Assembly (NCBI GenBank): GCA_017548545.1
Contig: JAFYZW010000100.1
Coordinates: 29,008-93,007, forward strand
Direction of reading: 5' to 3'
From: Bacteroidales bacterium
GTDB taxonomy: Bacteria; Bacteroidota; Bacteroidia; Bacteroidales; UBA3663
Length of the DNA: 64,000 nt
Below the pieces are notes generated by a model, which ran no database searches, was not told the DNA's origin, and worked only from the letters and a program-made list of their open reading frames with translations. Below, one piece after another: positions 16,972-25,900 of the stretch (its first letter is position 1; each line of letters starts with the position of its first letter). A program made the position numbers and the translations under genes.

Positions 16972-16995
16972 AAAAACAAATAACAACATAACAAT

Positions 16996-18009
16996 ATGAA
17001 CTTCCGTAATATTCTTCATATCCTTCAGGTCTTCAAGGGTGAGAAGGGACAGAAACGATTCAACTATCTCTACTCCATCGGTGCATCTATCGTTATCCTT
17101 GGTGCACTCTTCAAGTTGACCCACGTACCTGGAGCCGACCTTATGCTCATCATCGGTATGGGTACCGAGGCTGTTATCTTCTTCCTTTCTGCATTCGACA
17201 CTCCTGCACGCGACTATAAGTGGGAGAAGGTTTATCCTGAACTCGACATTCCCAACAAGGAGGAGGCTGCTCGCGAACGCCTCGACCGCATGAAAGATGG
17301 AACTACCGAATCTCGCCGACGCAGCAGCGAAACCAACACCGGCAGTGGAACTGGCGGCAACGTCACCATCATCGGTGGTGGCATGCCCGCAGGTGGAACC
17401 ATCGTCGTTGGTGGCGGTTCTCCGGTAGCTGGTGGCACAACTGTAATCGGCAGCAATCCCGCTGCTGTCGGCACAACGGCTCCCCTCGTTGCCTCAGGCA
17501 ATGTTGGCGTTACACCAGAACAGGCCGACCAGGTCACCGAAGCCACCGAGAAATACGTGAAGCAACTCAACGAAATCAGTGTGGCCCTCAGCAAACTGCA
17601 AGAGACAATGGCTGCCCTCGACACTACCACCAGCTATGCCGAGCAGATGGCTACGCTCAATCGCAACATCCAAGGTCTCAACACCATCTACGAGATACAG
17701 CTCAAGAGCGTCAGCTCGCAGCTCGGAACCATCGAAATGGTCAACCAGGGCCTCAACAACATCCGTGCGCTTTACGAAAACGGTCAGAACGATTCGTTCC
17801 GCATCCGTCAGGAGACCGATCAGATGACACGCAACTTGCAGCAGCTCAACGAAGTCTATGCCCGCATGTTGCAAGCCATGACCGTAGGCTATGGTTTGCA
17901 AGCACAACAACCCATGCAGCAGCCCACGATGCCCTATCAGCCACAGCAGCCACAGCAACCGCTCTATGGCCAGCAGCCCTCTCAGCCAAACTACAATCCA
18001 CAAAGATAA
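16996..18009 (+). CDS. porL: T9SS motor protein PorL/GldL
   Basis: N-terminus FNYLYSIGASIVILGALFKLTHVPGADLMLIIGMGTEAVIFFLSAFD (two TM helices typical of GldL). Position in the operon. Confidence 0.9.
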   Translation: MNFRNILHILQVFKGEKGQKRFNYLYSIGASIVILGALFKLTHVPGADLMLIIGMGTEAVIFFLSAFDTPARDYKWEKVYPELDIPNKEEAARERLDRMKDGTTESRRRSSETNTGSGTGGNVTIIGGGMPAGGTIVVGGGSPVAGGTTVIGSNPAAVGTTAPLVASGNVGVTPEQADQVTEATEKYVKQLNEISVALSKLQETMAALDTTTSYAEQMATLNRNIQGLNTIYEIQLKSVSSQLGTIEMVNQGLNNIRALYENGQNDSFRIRQETDQMTRNLQQLNEVYARMLQAMTVGYGLQAQQPMQQPTMPYQPQQPQQPLYGQQPSQPNYNPQR

Positions 18010-18020
18010 AGGTTAACCCC

Positions 18021-18069
18021 CTCAAACCTTTCAAACCCCTCAAACCCTTCAAACCCCTCAAACCCCTCA
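18021..18069. repeat. five and a half copies of the 9-mer (C/T)TCAAACC(C/T) (porL-porM spacer)
   Basis: ctcaaacct ttcaaaccc ctcaaaccc ttcaaaccc ctcaaaccc ctca. It ends at the TAA directly abutting the porM ATG. Confidence 0.95.
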
Positions 18070-18072
18070 TAA

Positions 18073-19626
18073 ATGAGTGCCAATAACAGCAAACTGTCGC
18101 CCCGTCAGAAGATGATCAACCTGATGTACATCGTCTTTCTGGCCATGGTGGCCATGAACGTATCAGGCGATGTCCTCGAAGGCTTCAAGCACGTCGAGGA
18201 CGCACTGGATGCAAGTAATGCCGGAGCGCAGTCTCGCAACCAAAAACTATACCAAGAGTTCGACCTCGCTCGCGAGAAGAACCCTGAGAAGGTGTCCCGA
18301 TGGTACGACCATGCCCAGGAGGTTCGCACAAGTGCCGAACAGCTTGTCACTTTCATCGACTCACTCAAGCTCGAGATTGTCCGCTATGCCGATGGCAAGG
18401 ATGGCGACCCCAACAATATCGAGAACCGCGAGAACCTGGAAGCAGTCAACCAAGTCATGCTTTCCCCCATTAAAGGCGAAGGCGCAATACTTCGCAAGCG
18501 ACTCGAATCCTACAAGGAGCAACTTGTGGCCTTCCTTCCCGAAGCTGACGCACGTGTGGTAGCCAACTACCTCAACACAGCCAAGACGGGCGCGACCTTT
18601 GCCAGTTGGGAAGACCAGATGTTCGAGAATATCCCCGTCGCCGCAGCTGTCACCATCCTTGCCAAGATACAAGGCGATGTGCGCAATGCCGAAGGACAAG
18701 CTGTCGAAAGCCTTATGCAAAGCGTCGATCGTGGCGATGTGCGTGTCAACCAAGTTAGTGCCTTCGTGATCCCCACTTCTCGTAATGTGATGCGTGGTTC
18801 GGTTTATGAGGCACAGATTGTCATGGCTGCCGTCGATACAACCCAGACACCGACAATCTATATTGGTGACAAGCTTTACAATCCCGCCAAGCAGGGCTAC
18901 TACAGTGTCACTGCCGGACGTGAAGGCATCCAAACGCTGCAGGGTTACCTCGAAGTCGATAAACCTGATGGAACGACCGAGAAATTGCCTTTCGAATCGA
19001 CCTACTTCGTCAGCGAACCTGTGGCCACCGTGTCGAACACGATGATGAACGTGATGTACGCAGGCATCGACAACCCGCTGTCGATCTCCGTTCCTGGCGT
19101 AGCTGCCGGACAGGTCAGCGCATCGATGACCAATGGCACACTCTCGCGCACTGCTTCCGGTTGGGTAGCAAAACCCAAGACCGTCGATCAGGATGCCGTC
19201 ATCACCGTGACAGCCAACCAGAACGGTCGCACCATGACCGTGAGCCAGACATCGTTCCGCGTACGTCGTCTGCCCGACCCCACCCCTTATCTTGTGTATA
19301 AGGATGCCGCAGGCAACTCGGTGCGATACAAAGGCGGCTTGCCCATCTCCAAGCAGGCGCTACTCAATGCGGGAGGCCTCCGTGCCGCCATCGACGACGG
19401 ATTGCTCAACGTCGAGTTCACCGTCAAGTCGTTCCGTATCGACATCTTCGACTCAATGGGCAACGACATTCCCGAGGATAGCCAGACCTCGGCTTACTCC
19501 GATCGTCAGCGAACGGCCATCAGTCGCCTGCAGCGTGGCAAGAAGTTCTTTATCACCCGCGTCAAGGCCGTTGGTCCCGACGGCATCGAACGCACTCTTT
19601 CGCCCATCGAAGTCGTCGTCAATTGA
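18073..19626 (+). CDS. porM: T9SS motor/periplasmic shaft protein PorM/GldM
   Basis: KLSPRQKMINLMYIVFLAMVAMNVS is the N-terminal GldM signature. 517 aa. Position in the operon. Confidence 0.9.
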   Translation: MSANNSKLSPRQKMINLMYIVFLAMVAMNVSGDVLEGFKHVEDALDASNAGAQSRNQKLYQEFDLAREKNPEKVSRWYDHAQEVRTSAEQLVTFIDSLKLEIVRYADGKDGDPNNIENRENLEAVNQVMLSPIKGEGAILRKRLESYKEQLVAFLPEADARVVANYLNTAKTGATFASWEDQMFENIPVAAAVTILAKIQGDVRNAEGQAVESLMQSVDRGDVRVNQVSAFVIPTSRNVMRGSVYEAQIVMAAVDTTQTPTIYIGDKLYNPAKQGYYSVTAGREGIQTLQGYLEVDKPDGTTEKLPFESTYFVSEPVATVSNTMMNVMYAGIDNPLSISVPGVAAGQVSASMTNGTLSRTASGWVAKPKTVDQDAVITVTANQNGRTMTVSQTSFRVRRLPDPTPYLVYKDAAGNSVRYKGGLPISKQALLNAGGLRAAIDDGLLNVEFTVKSFRIDIFDSMGNDIPEDSQTSAYSDRQRTAISRLQRGKKFFITRVKAVGPDGIERTLSPIEVVVN

Positions 19627-19648
19627 TTGATTATTTCATCGACTACAC

Positions 19649-19683
19649 TTAATTGTTAATTATTAATTGTTAATTGTTAATTA
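19649..19683. repeat. five copies of the 7-mer TTAATT(G/A) (porM-porN spacer)
   Basis: ttaattg ttaatta ttaattg ttaattg ttaatta, then ata and the porN ATG at 19687. Confidence 0.9.
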
Positions 19684-19686
19684 ATA

Positions 19687-21039
19687 ATGAGACATATCAT
19701 CCGTCTAATCATGCTCACACTCATGCTGGGCATCGTCATACCTGAGGCCACGGCACAGGTCAGTGTGCGTCGCTCCAGCAGTTCACGTAGTTCGTCCACC
19801 TCGACACCGAAGAAGAAGGACAAGGCTGCCGAAAAGAAACGTGACAAGGACGCGACAGCCAAACCCACCGAAGTGAAGGGGACTACTGTGCCTGTCACTC
19901 CCCCCCCTTCGAACAATGGTCAGGTATCCAGACCGGCACGCCCTACTGAAGGTGCCGTGCAGGAGGGCGCTCCAGCTGCACGCGTAACTCCCACCCGTAA
20001 GGTGCAGAAGAAGGAAGCAACCCCCAGCGTCGATGGCAACAGCCAGCGTCAGCAGTCGTTTGCCGAATATCAGCGCAAGGAGGACGGCTTCATGCCCTGG
20101 CAGCATGTCCTCTATCGCGAATTGGACATGGAGAACCCCATCAACGCCTCGCTCTATTATCCCGAGGAGCCGATGGACGGACTGACCAACCTTTTCCGCG
20201 TTATCCTCGACGGCATCTGCACCAATCGACTGAAGGCCTATGAATACCTGGATGGTCGTGAAATCTTCAACGAGAAATTCGAGGTGAAGACCAAGGACAT
20301 TCTCGACAAGTTCCAGATCCTTTATCAGGAGAAACCAGCCGTGGGACAAAACGGCAAGCCCACCTACATCGTTGAGGAGATGGATGTGCCCTGCAACGAA
20401 GTGTTGAGCTACTTCATCAAGGAACGCTGGGAATTCAATCAGAAGACCTCGAAATATGGCCCTCGCATCCTCGCCATCTGCCCTGTAATGCACCGCATAG
20501 GTGATTACGGCGTAGGACAAGTGGTTAAGTATCCCATGTTCTGGCTTAACTATGAAGACCTTCGTCCTCTGCTTCGCGACCATCTCATCATGAGCGACGG
20601 TATGAACAACACCCCGCGATTCACCATGGAGGAGTTCTTCACCCTCGAACAGTACAAGGGCGACATCTACAAGGTGCAGAACACTCGCGGACTTTCTTTG
20701 ATGCAGCAATATCCCGATGCCGATACCCTCAAGATGATGCGTGCCAAGATCGAAGCCGAGCTTCGTGGATTCGGTGGCAGCATCTGGGTCGATGAAGAGG
20801 ATGAAGCCGACCTTGCTGCCCAGGACAGCATCCGTGCCGCCCGCCGAGCCGAACGTCGTGCCAAGCGTGGTGAACCGGCAACCGCCTCGACAGGCGACGG
20901 CAAGAAGAATCGTCGAACCAAGGCCGAGGTCGATATGGCGGCCGTCGAGGAAGCCAAGGATGCCAAGGAGGATGCCATCGACAGCCGTATCGAATCGACA
21001 GGCAAGGCACATTCCGCCCGCCGTTCAGCACGTCGATAA
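19687..21039 (+). CDS. porN: T9SS ring protein PorN/GldN with long low-complexity N- and C-terminal extensions
   Basis: Signal peptide, then about 110 aa of S/K/P/T-rich sequence, then the GldN core (WQHVLYRELDMENPINASLYYPEEP...). Last gene of the por operon. Confidence 0.85.
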   Translation: MRHIIRLIMLTLMLGIVIPEATAQVSVRRSSSSRSSSTSTPKKKDKAAEKKRDKDATAKPTEVKGTTVPVTPPPSNNGQVSRPARPTEGAVQEGAPAARVTPTRKVQKKEATPSVDGNSQRQQSFAEYQRKEDGFMPWQHVLYRELDMENPINASLYYPEEPMDGLTNLFRVILDGICTNRLKAYEYLDGREIFNEKFEVKTKDILDKFQILYQEKPAVGQNGKPTYIVEEMDVPCNEVLSYFIKERWEFNQKTSKYGPRILAICPVMHRIGDYGVGQVVKYPMFWLNYEDLRPLLRDHLIMSDGMNNTPRFTMEEFFTLEQYKGDIYKVQNTRGLSLMQQYPDADTLKMMRAKIEAELRGFGGSIWVDEEDEADLAAQDSIRAARRAERRAKRGEPATASTGDGKKNRRTKAEVDMAAVEEAKDAKEDAIDSRIESTGKAHSARRSARR

Positions 21040-21118
21040 AGACTATTTTAGCCCCGCCGGCATCGGTGGGGTGATGTCGTATATATAGAGCAAATGAAAT
21101 AACCATAAATAATTCACT

Positions 21119-22738
21119 ATGTCAGAACAAATCAAGACACTTCGCGACTCAGCCGCCCTGCGATGGACGGCGCTCCTCCTGTTGGCACTGGCCATGTTCT
21201 GTGCCTACATCTTCATGGACATCCTTTCGCCCATCAAGGATCTCATGCTCTCCGAGCGTGGTTGGGACTCGACAGCTTTCGGCACCATGCAAGGCTCAGA
21301 AACCTTCCTCAACGTCTTTGTCTTCTTCCTCATCTTCGCAGGCATCATCCTCGACAAGATGGGCGTACGATTCACGGCTGTCCTCTCGGGTGCTGTCATG
21401 CTGACGGGAGCCCTCATCAAATACTACGCCGTCAGCCAAAGCTTCATGGGCAGCGGCCTTGAGACATGGTTCACCAACCATCTCAACCACATCCCCATCT
21501 TCGAGCAGCTAGGTGTGTCACCTTTCTACGAGGGTATGCCGGCATCGGCAAAAGTTGCTGCCTGCGGCTTCATGCTCTTCGGTTGCGGTGCCGAGATGGG
21601 CGGCATCACCGTGTCGCGTGGTATCGTCAAGTGGTTCAAGGGGCGTGAGATGGCCCTCGCCATGGGTTCCGAGATGGCCCTGGCCCGTCTGGGTGTAGCC
21701 ACCTGTATGATTTTCTCGCCCTTCTTCGCCAAACTGGGCGGTCACATCGACGTGTCGCGTTCGGTAGCCTTTGGCGTAGTGCTCCTCTGCATCGCCCTCA
21801 TCATGTTCGTCGTCTATTTCTTCATGGACAAGAAACTCGACTCACAGACTGGTGAAGCCGAAGAGAAGGATGATCCGTTCAAGGTGAGCGACATCGGCAA
21901 GATTCTCAGCAGTATGGGCTTCTGGCTCGTTTCTTTGCTCTGTGTGCTCTACTACTCCGCCATCTTCCCCTTCCAGAAGTATGCAGTCAACATGCTTCAG
22001 TGTAACCTGACTTTTACCGAAGTGCCTGCAGACTCGTTCTGGGCCTCCACCTCCGTCACCATCGTGCAGTACATCATCATGCTTGTCGTGGCTGTCACGG
22101 CCTTCATGTTCAACTTCCTGAAGAACAAGAACACGAAGTACGGTGTGCTCTGCATCTCCATCATCGCCCTCATCACCTATTGCTATATGGGCTATATGCG
22201 CCAGTCGGCCGAATCCATCTTTGCCGTGTTCCCGCTCCTTGCCGTGGGCATCACCCCCATCCTCGGCAAATACGTCGATTACAAGGGTAAGGCAGCCTCG
22301 ATGCTCGTACTTGGTTCACTGCTCCTCATCGCCTGCCACCTCACCTTCGCCTTCATCCTTCCACAGTTCAAGGGCAACCAGGTGGGCGGCGTCATCGTAG
22401 CCTACCTCACCATCCTCGTGCTTGGCTCGTCGTTCTCGCTGGTTCCTGCTTCCCTCTGGCCATCCGTGCCCAAGCTTGTTGAGCCCAAGATCATCGGTTC
22501 GGCCTACGCCCTCATCTTCTGGATTCAGAACATCGGCCTGTGGCTCTTCCCCCTCCTCATCGGCAAGATCCTCGACATGACCAATGAAGGAGTGACCGAC
22601 CCCACCAAGTACGACTATACCTGGCCTCTTATCATGCTCGCCTGCCTCGGCGTGGCTGCTCTTATCATCGGCCTTATCCTCAAGGCTGTTGATCGCAAGA
22701 AGGGCCTCGGCCTCGAGCTGCCTAATGTGAAGGCATAA
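21119..22738 (+). CDS. MFS transporter
   Basis: 539 aa with about 12-14 hydrophobic helices and an N-terminal MFS-like segment LLLLALAMFCAYIFMDILSPIKD. Substrate unknown. Confidence 0.7.
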   Translation: MSEQIKTLRDSAALRWTALLLLALAMFCAYIFMDILSPIKDLMLSERGWDSTAFGTMQGSETFLNVFVFFLIFAGIILDKMGVRFTAVLSGAVMLTGALIKYYAVSQSFMGSGLETWFTNHLNHIPIFEQLGVSPFYEGMPASAKVAACGFMLFGCGAEMGGITVSRGIVKWFKGREMALAMGSEMALARLGVATCMIFSPFFAKLGGHIDVSRSVAFGVVLLCIALIMFVVYFFMDKKLDSQTGEAEEKDDPFKVSDIGKILSSMGFWLVSLLCVLYYSAIFPFQKYAVNMLQCNLTFTEVPADSFWASTSVTIVQYIIMLVVAVTAFMFNFLKNKNTKYGVLCISIIALITYCYMGYMRQSAESIFAVFPLLAVGITPILGKYVDYKGKAASMLVLGSLLLIACHLTFAFILPQFKGNQVGGVIVAYLTILVLGSSFSLVPASLWPSVPKLVEPKIIGSAYALIFWIQNIGLWLFPLLIGKILDMTNEGVTDPTKYDYTWPLIMLACLGVAALIIGLILKAVDRKKGLGLELPNVKA

Positions 22739-22790
22739 CGGAACTGCTCAGTGAACGTGTCAAAACGTCCCTTTTAAGGCAGTTTATTCC

Positions 22791-22828
22791 AAAAAAGACT
22801 AACAAATTTTGTTTTGTTAGTCTTTTTT
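22791..22828 (+). terminator. intrinsic terminator after the MFS gene (end of the por-MFS transcription unit)
   Basis: AAAAAAGACTAACAAA-ttttgt-TTTGTTAGTCTTTTTT. The stem is extended by A/T tracts. Confidence 0.8.
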
Positions 22829-22862
22829 CATTGGTAGTCCGCCCTTTTTCCAAAAAATTCAT

Positions 22863-22887
22863 TATATTTGCGGCATCTTTATCTTTG
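22863..22887 (+). promoter_or_regulatory. two tandem -7 boxes, TATATTTG and TATCTTTG (PPC-repeat cargo gene)
   Basis: Boxes at 22863-22870 and 22880-22887, which are 45 and 28 nt upstream of the ATG at 22916. Confidence 0.55.
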
Positions 22888-22915
22888 ATTCCTTTTCACC
22901 AAAAAAAACACAATT

Positions 22916-25900
22916 ATGAAAACCAAAAACATTTACCTTTTATTGCTGGCGCTATTGACGCTCACATTGCCTGGCAGATCCAACGCACAGACGCTGGAGA
23001 ACGGGGATGTGAAGACTGCCCGCTTCACTGAAACACAGCGGGAAGTGTGGTACACCCTTACCCTCCAGACTGAGGGCGATGCCATCATCACAGTCACCCC
23101 CGTCAGCAACGTGCGCCTTGACGGTCTCGACCTTTATGCCGAGGTCGATGGTGAAACCCATTGGCGCACCGGTTCATCGTGGGTCGATAACGGCTACGTC
23201 CTCACCTGCACCGACATGGGTATCGGCACCTATAAAGTAAGGGTGAAAGGCAGTCCCACCAACAATGCCACAAGTGGCACGTTCCAAATCATCTGCGTAC
23301 TGGGCCAGCCTTCTCGCATGAGCGATCCCGAACCCAACAACACATGGAAACAGGCCGCCTCACTGACCGACGGCGTGACCATGCCAGGACGTATGGGCTA
23401 CCAATTCTACAACGATCGCGACAATGTCGATTGGTTCAAGCTCGAAGTGCCCGAAGACGGCAAACTGACCATCGAGACCAAGAGTGACCCAGCCCTGCGT
23501 CTGGGCAGCATCAACCTCTTCACACTCAAAGCCGACGGCTCTGACGTCTCATGGCGCACCTCCAAGGATATGGACGGATACGGCAGGGACACCACTATCG
23601 TCTTCGAGATCCCCAATGTGTCGGCAGGCACCTACTTCCTTCGTCAGGATCGTTACATCGGTGTGGGCGGCTACCAGCTGACCTATTACTTCACCTCGCA
23701 CAGCCTCACCGCCGATCCCGAGCCCAATGGCACATGGCAGGAGGCCATCGAACTGAATGCCGGACCCTCGGTAAGCGGACAACTGGGCTATGACTACCAG
23801 AACTCGACCGATGTTGTCGATTGGTACAAGATCGTAGTGCCCGACGAAGGAACGGTGATTCTCACCACTTCGTCCGAGACCACGCTGCGTCTGGGCAGCC
23901 TCAACCTCCATACCTACAAGAACGACCAGACCGACATTTCGTGGCGCACCTCCAAGGACATGGATGGCTACGGCAAGGACACCACTGTCACATTCACTAC
24001 CGTCAATTGCGCCGCCGGCACCTATTTCCTGCGTCTCGACCGCTACAATGGCTACGGCACCTACACGTTGAAATACACCTTCAATGCCAACAGTCATCAG
24101 AAGGACCCCGAGCCCAACAACGATTGGAAGGAGGCTTCCGAAATCAAGCTTGGCACCACCCAGCAAGGCCGTTTGGGATATACCTATTACAATGATCTTG
24201 ATGGTAGGGACTGGTTCAAAGTAGAAATCCCCGATGAGGGAACCCTGACATTCTCCACCACCACCGAGACCACGCTACGTCTGGGCAGCCTCAACCTCTA
24301 TACCTACAAGGGCGATGACCTGACCGATGTCTCGTGGCGCACTGCAAAAGATATGGACGGCTACAACAAGGATACCACTGTTGTCTTCTCAATTGCCAAT
24401 GTTGCACCTGGCACCTACTTCATTCGCCAAGATCGCTACAACGGACAGGGTGGCTATAAATTGAAGGTCGAATTCACACCTGATCCTTATGGCCCCGATT
24501 CGTTCGACAATAATGATTGGAGCAAAGCCACCGAGATTGTTTCTGGCGTCACACAGCCGGGCCGACTGGGGTACAATTACTACAACGACACCGACGGTGT
24601 CGATTGGTACCGTTTCGAAGTACCTGCCGATGGCGAGGCTGTATTTACCACTACCACTGAGACCACGCTACGTCTGGGTAGCCTCAACCTCTACACCTTT
24701 AAGAACGACCGCACCGATATATCGTGGCGCACTGCAAAGGATATGGACGGCTACAACAAAGACACCACTGTCGTCTTCTCACTTCCTGACCTTGCTCCTG
24801 GCACCTACTTCCTCCGTCAGGACCGCTACAACGGACAGGGTGGCTATGCCCTCACCTATCACTTCAAGAAGAACCCCTATTGGCATGAAAAATATGACAA
24901 CAACACTTTCGACGGCCGTCTGGAACTGAAGAAAGGCAAGACTATCTATACCACCTTGGGATTCCTCTATTATAACGACCGCAACACCGAAGACTGGTAC
25001 GATCTGGGCACATTCACACGCGACATCATCGATATCACCATCTGTCCCGACACTACCCATTCGCTCAACATGGGCAATGTCGATTGGTATCGTTGGGATG
25101 GCACCTATAACGACAACGGTTCACCGAAGCTCTCGTGGATCAAGAACGATCGCGTAGAGCGCAGCCGTATCACTACATCGTACTACAACAACACCGATGA
25201 ATCCACCCACCTTATCTTAAGGGTGAACCGTTATACCGGTCAGGGCGGCTACAGCATCGTGATGGGCGAAGACGAAGATGAAGTGGCAGCACGTGGCCCC
25301 GTCTATGCCAACTATCTTGGCCTGCACGTCATTGCCGGCGGACGCAACACCGTGCGCAAGGGCGTGGCTTGCTACAACCCGATCACCATCTGCAATACGA
25401 GCGATGTGCGCACCATGCCGGCAGCACTGGTCATCTCTGCATCCAACGACATCAACATCATCGGATTCGAGATGCCAGGCGATTTGGGCACCACCTATCT
25501 TCCCGCCGACAGTGTACTCGTCGAGGGCGAGGACTGTGAGGGTACAGCCGTCTTCATCGTGCCGGGTCTCGACCCCTGGCAGTTCTACACGTTCAACCTC
25601 ATCAGCGAAGGTGTGGGCGACATCAACTTCATTCCTGTTCGTCCTGGCGAAGATGTTGCCGAGAGGATTCGTGCCTTCGAACCTATCTCCACGGCCATCG
25701 TCATTGGCTTCGTCGTCGATTGCGCATGGGACATTGTCCAGGACCAGCTCGGCATCGACCACTTCATCTCACGCACCGCAGGCGAGGTGCTTGCCCTCAA
25801 CGATCAGGAGGAGCGGCAATATCGTCAGTTCATGAACCTCACCTACGAGCAGTATCATGGCGAACAGCCTGGCGTGGCAGCCTACACCGCCAAGTCGGTC

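Noticed and set aside
16696-17124. Small ORFs (95, 75 and 65 aa) spanning the TCTAGA array, and small ORFs at 27077-27317 spanning the djlA leader repeats.
   Set aside because: Their sequences are dictated by the 9-bp repeats and overlap real genes out of frame. Only the 17-codon in-frame uORF at 27133 is kept as a hypothesis in the findings.
19783-21012. 409-aa minus-strand ORF opposite porN, with several smaller ones in the same region.
   Set aside because: It is a shadow ORF. The plus frame has the GldN core and operon context, while the antisense product is low-complexity with no start context.
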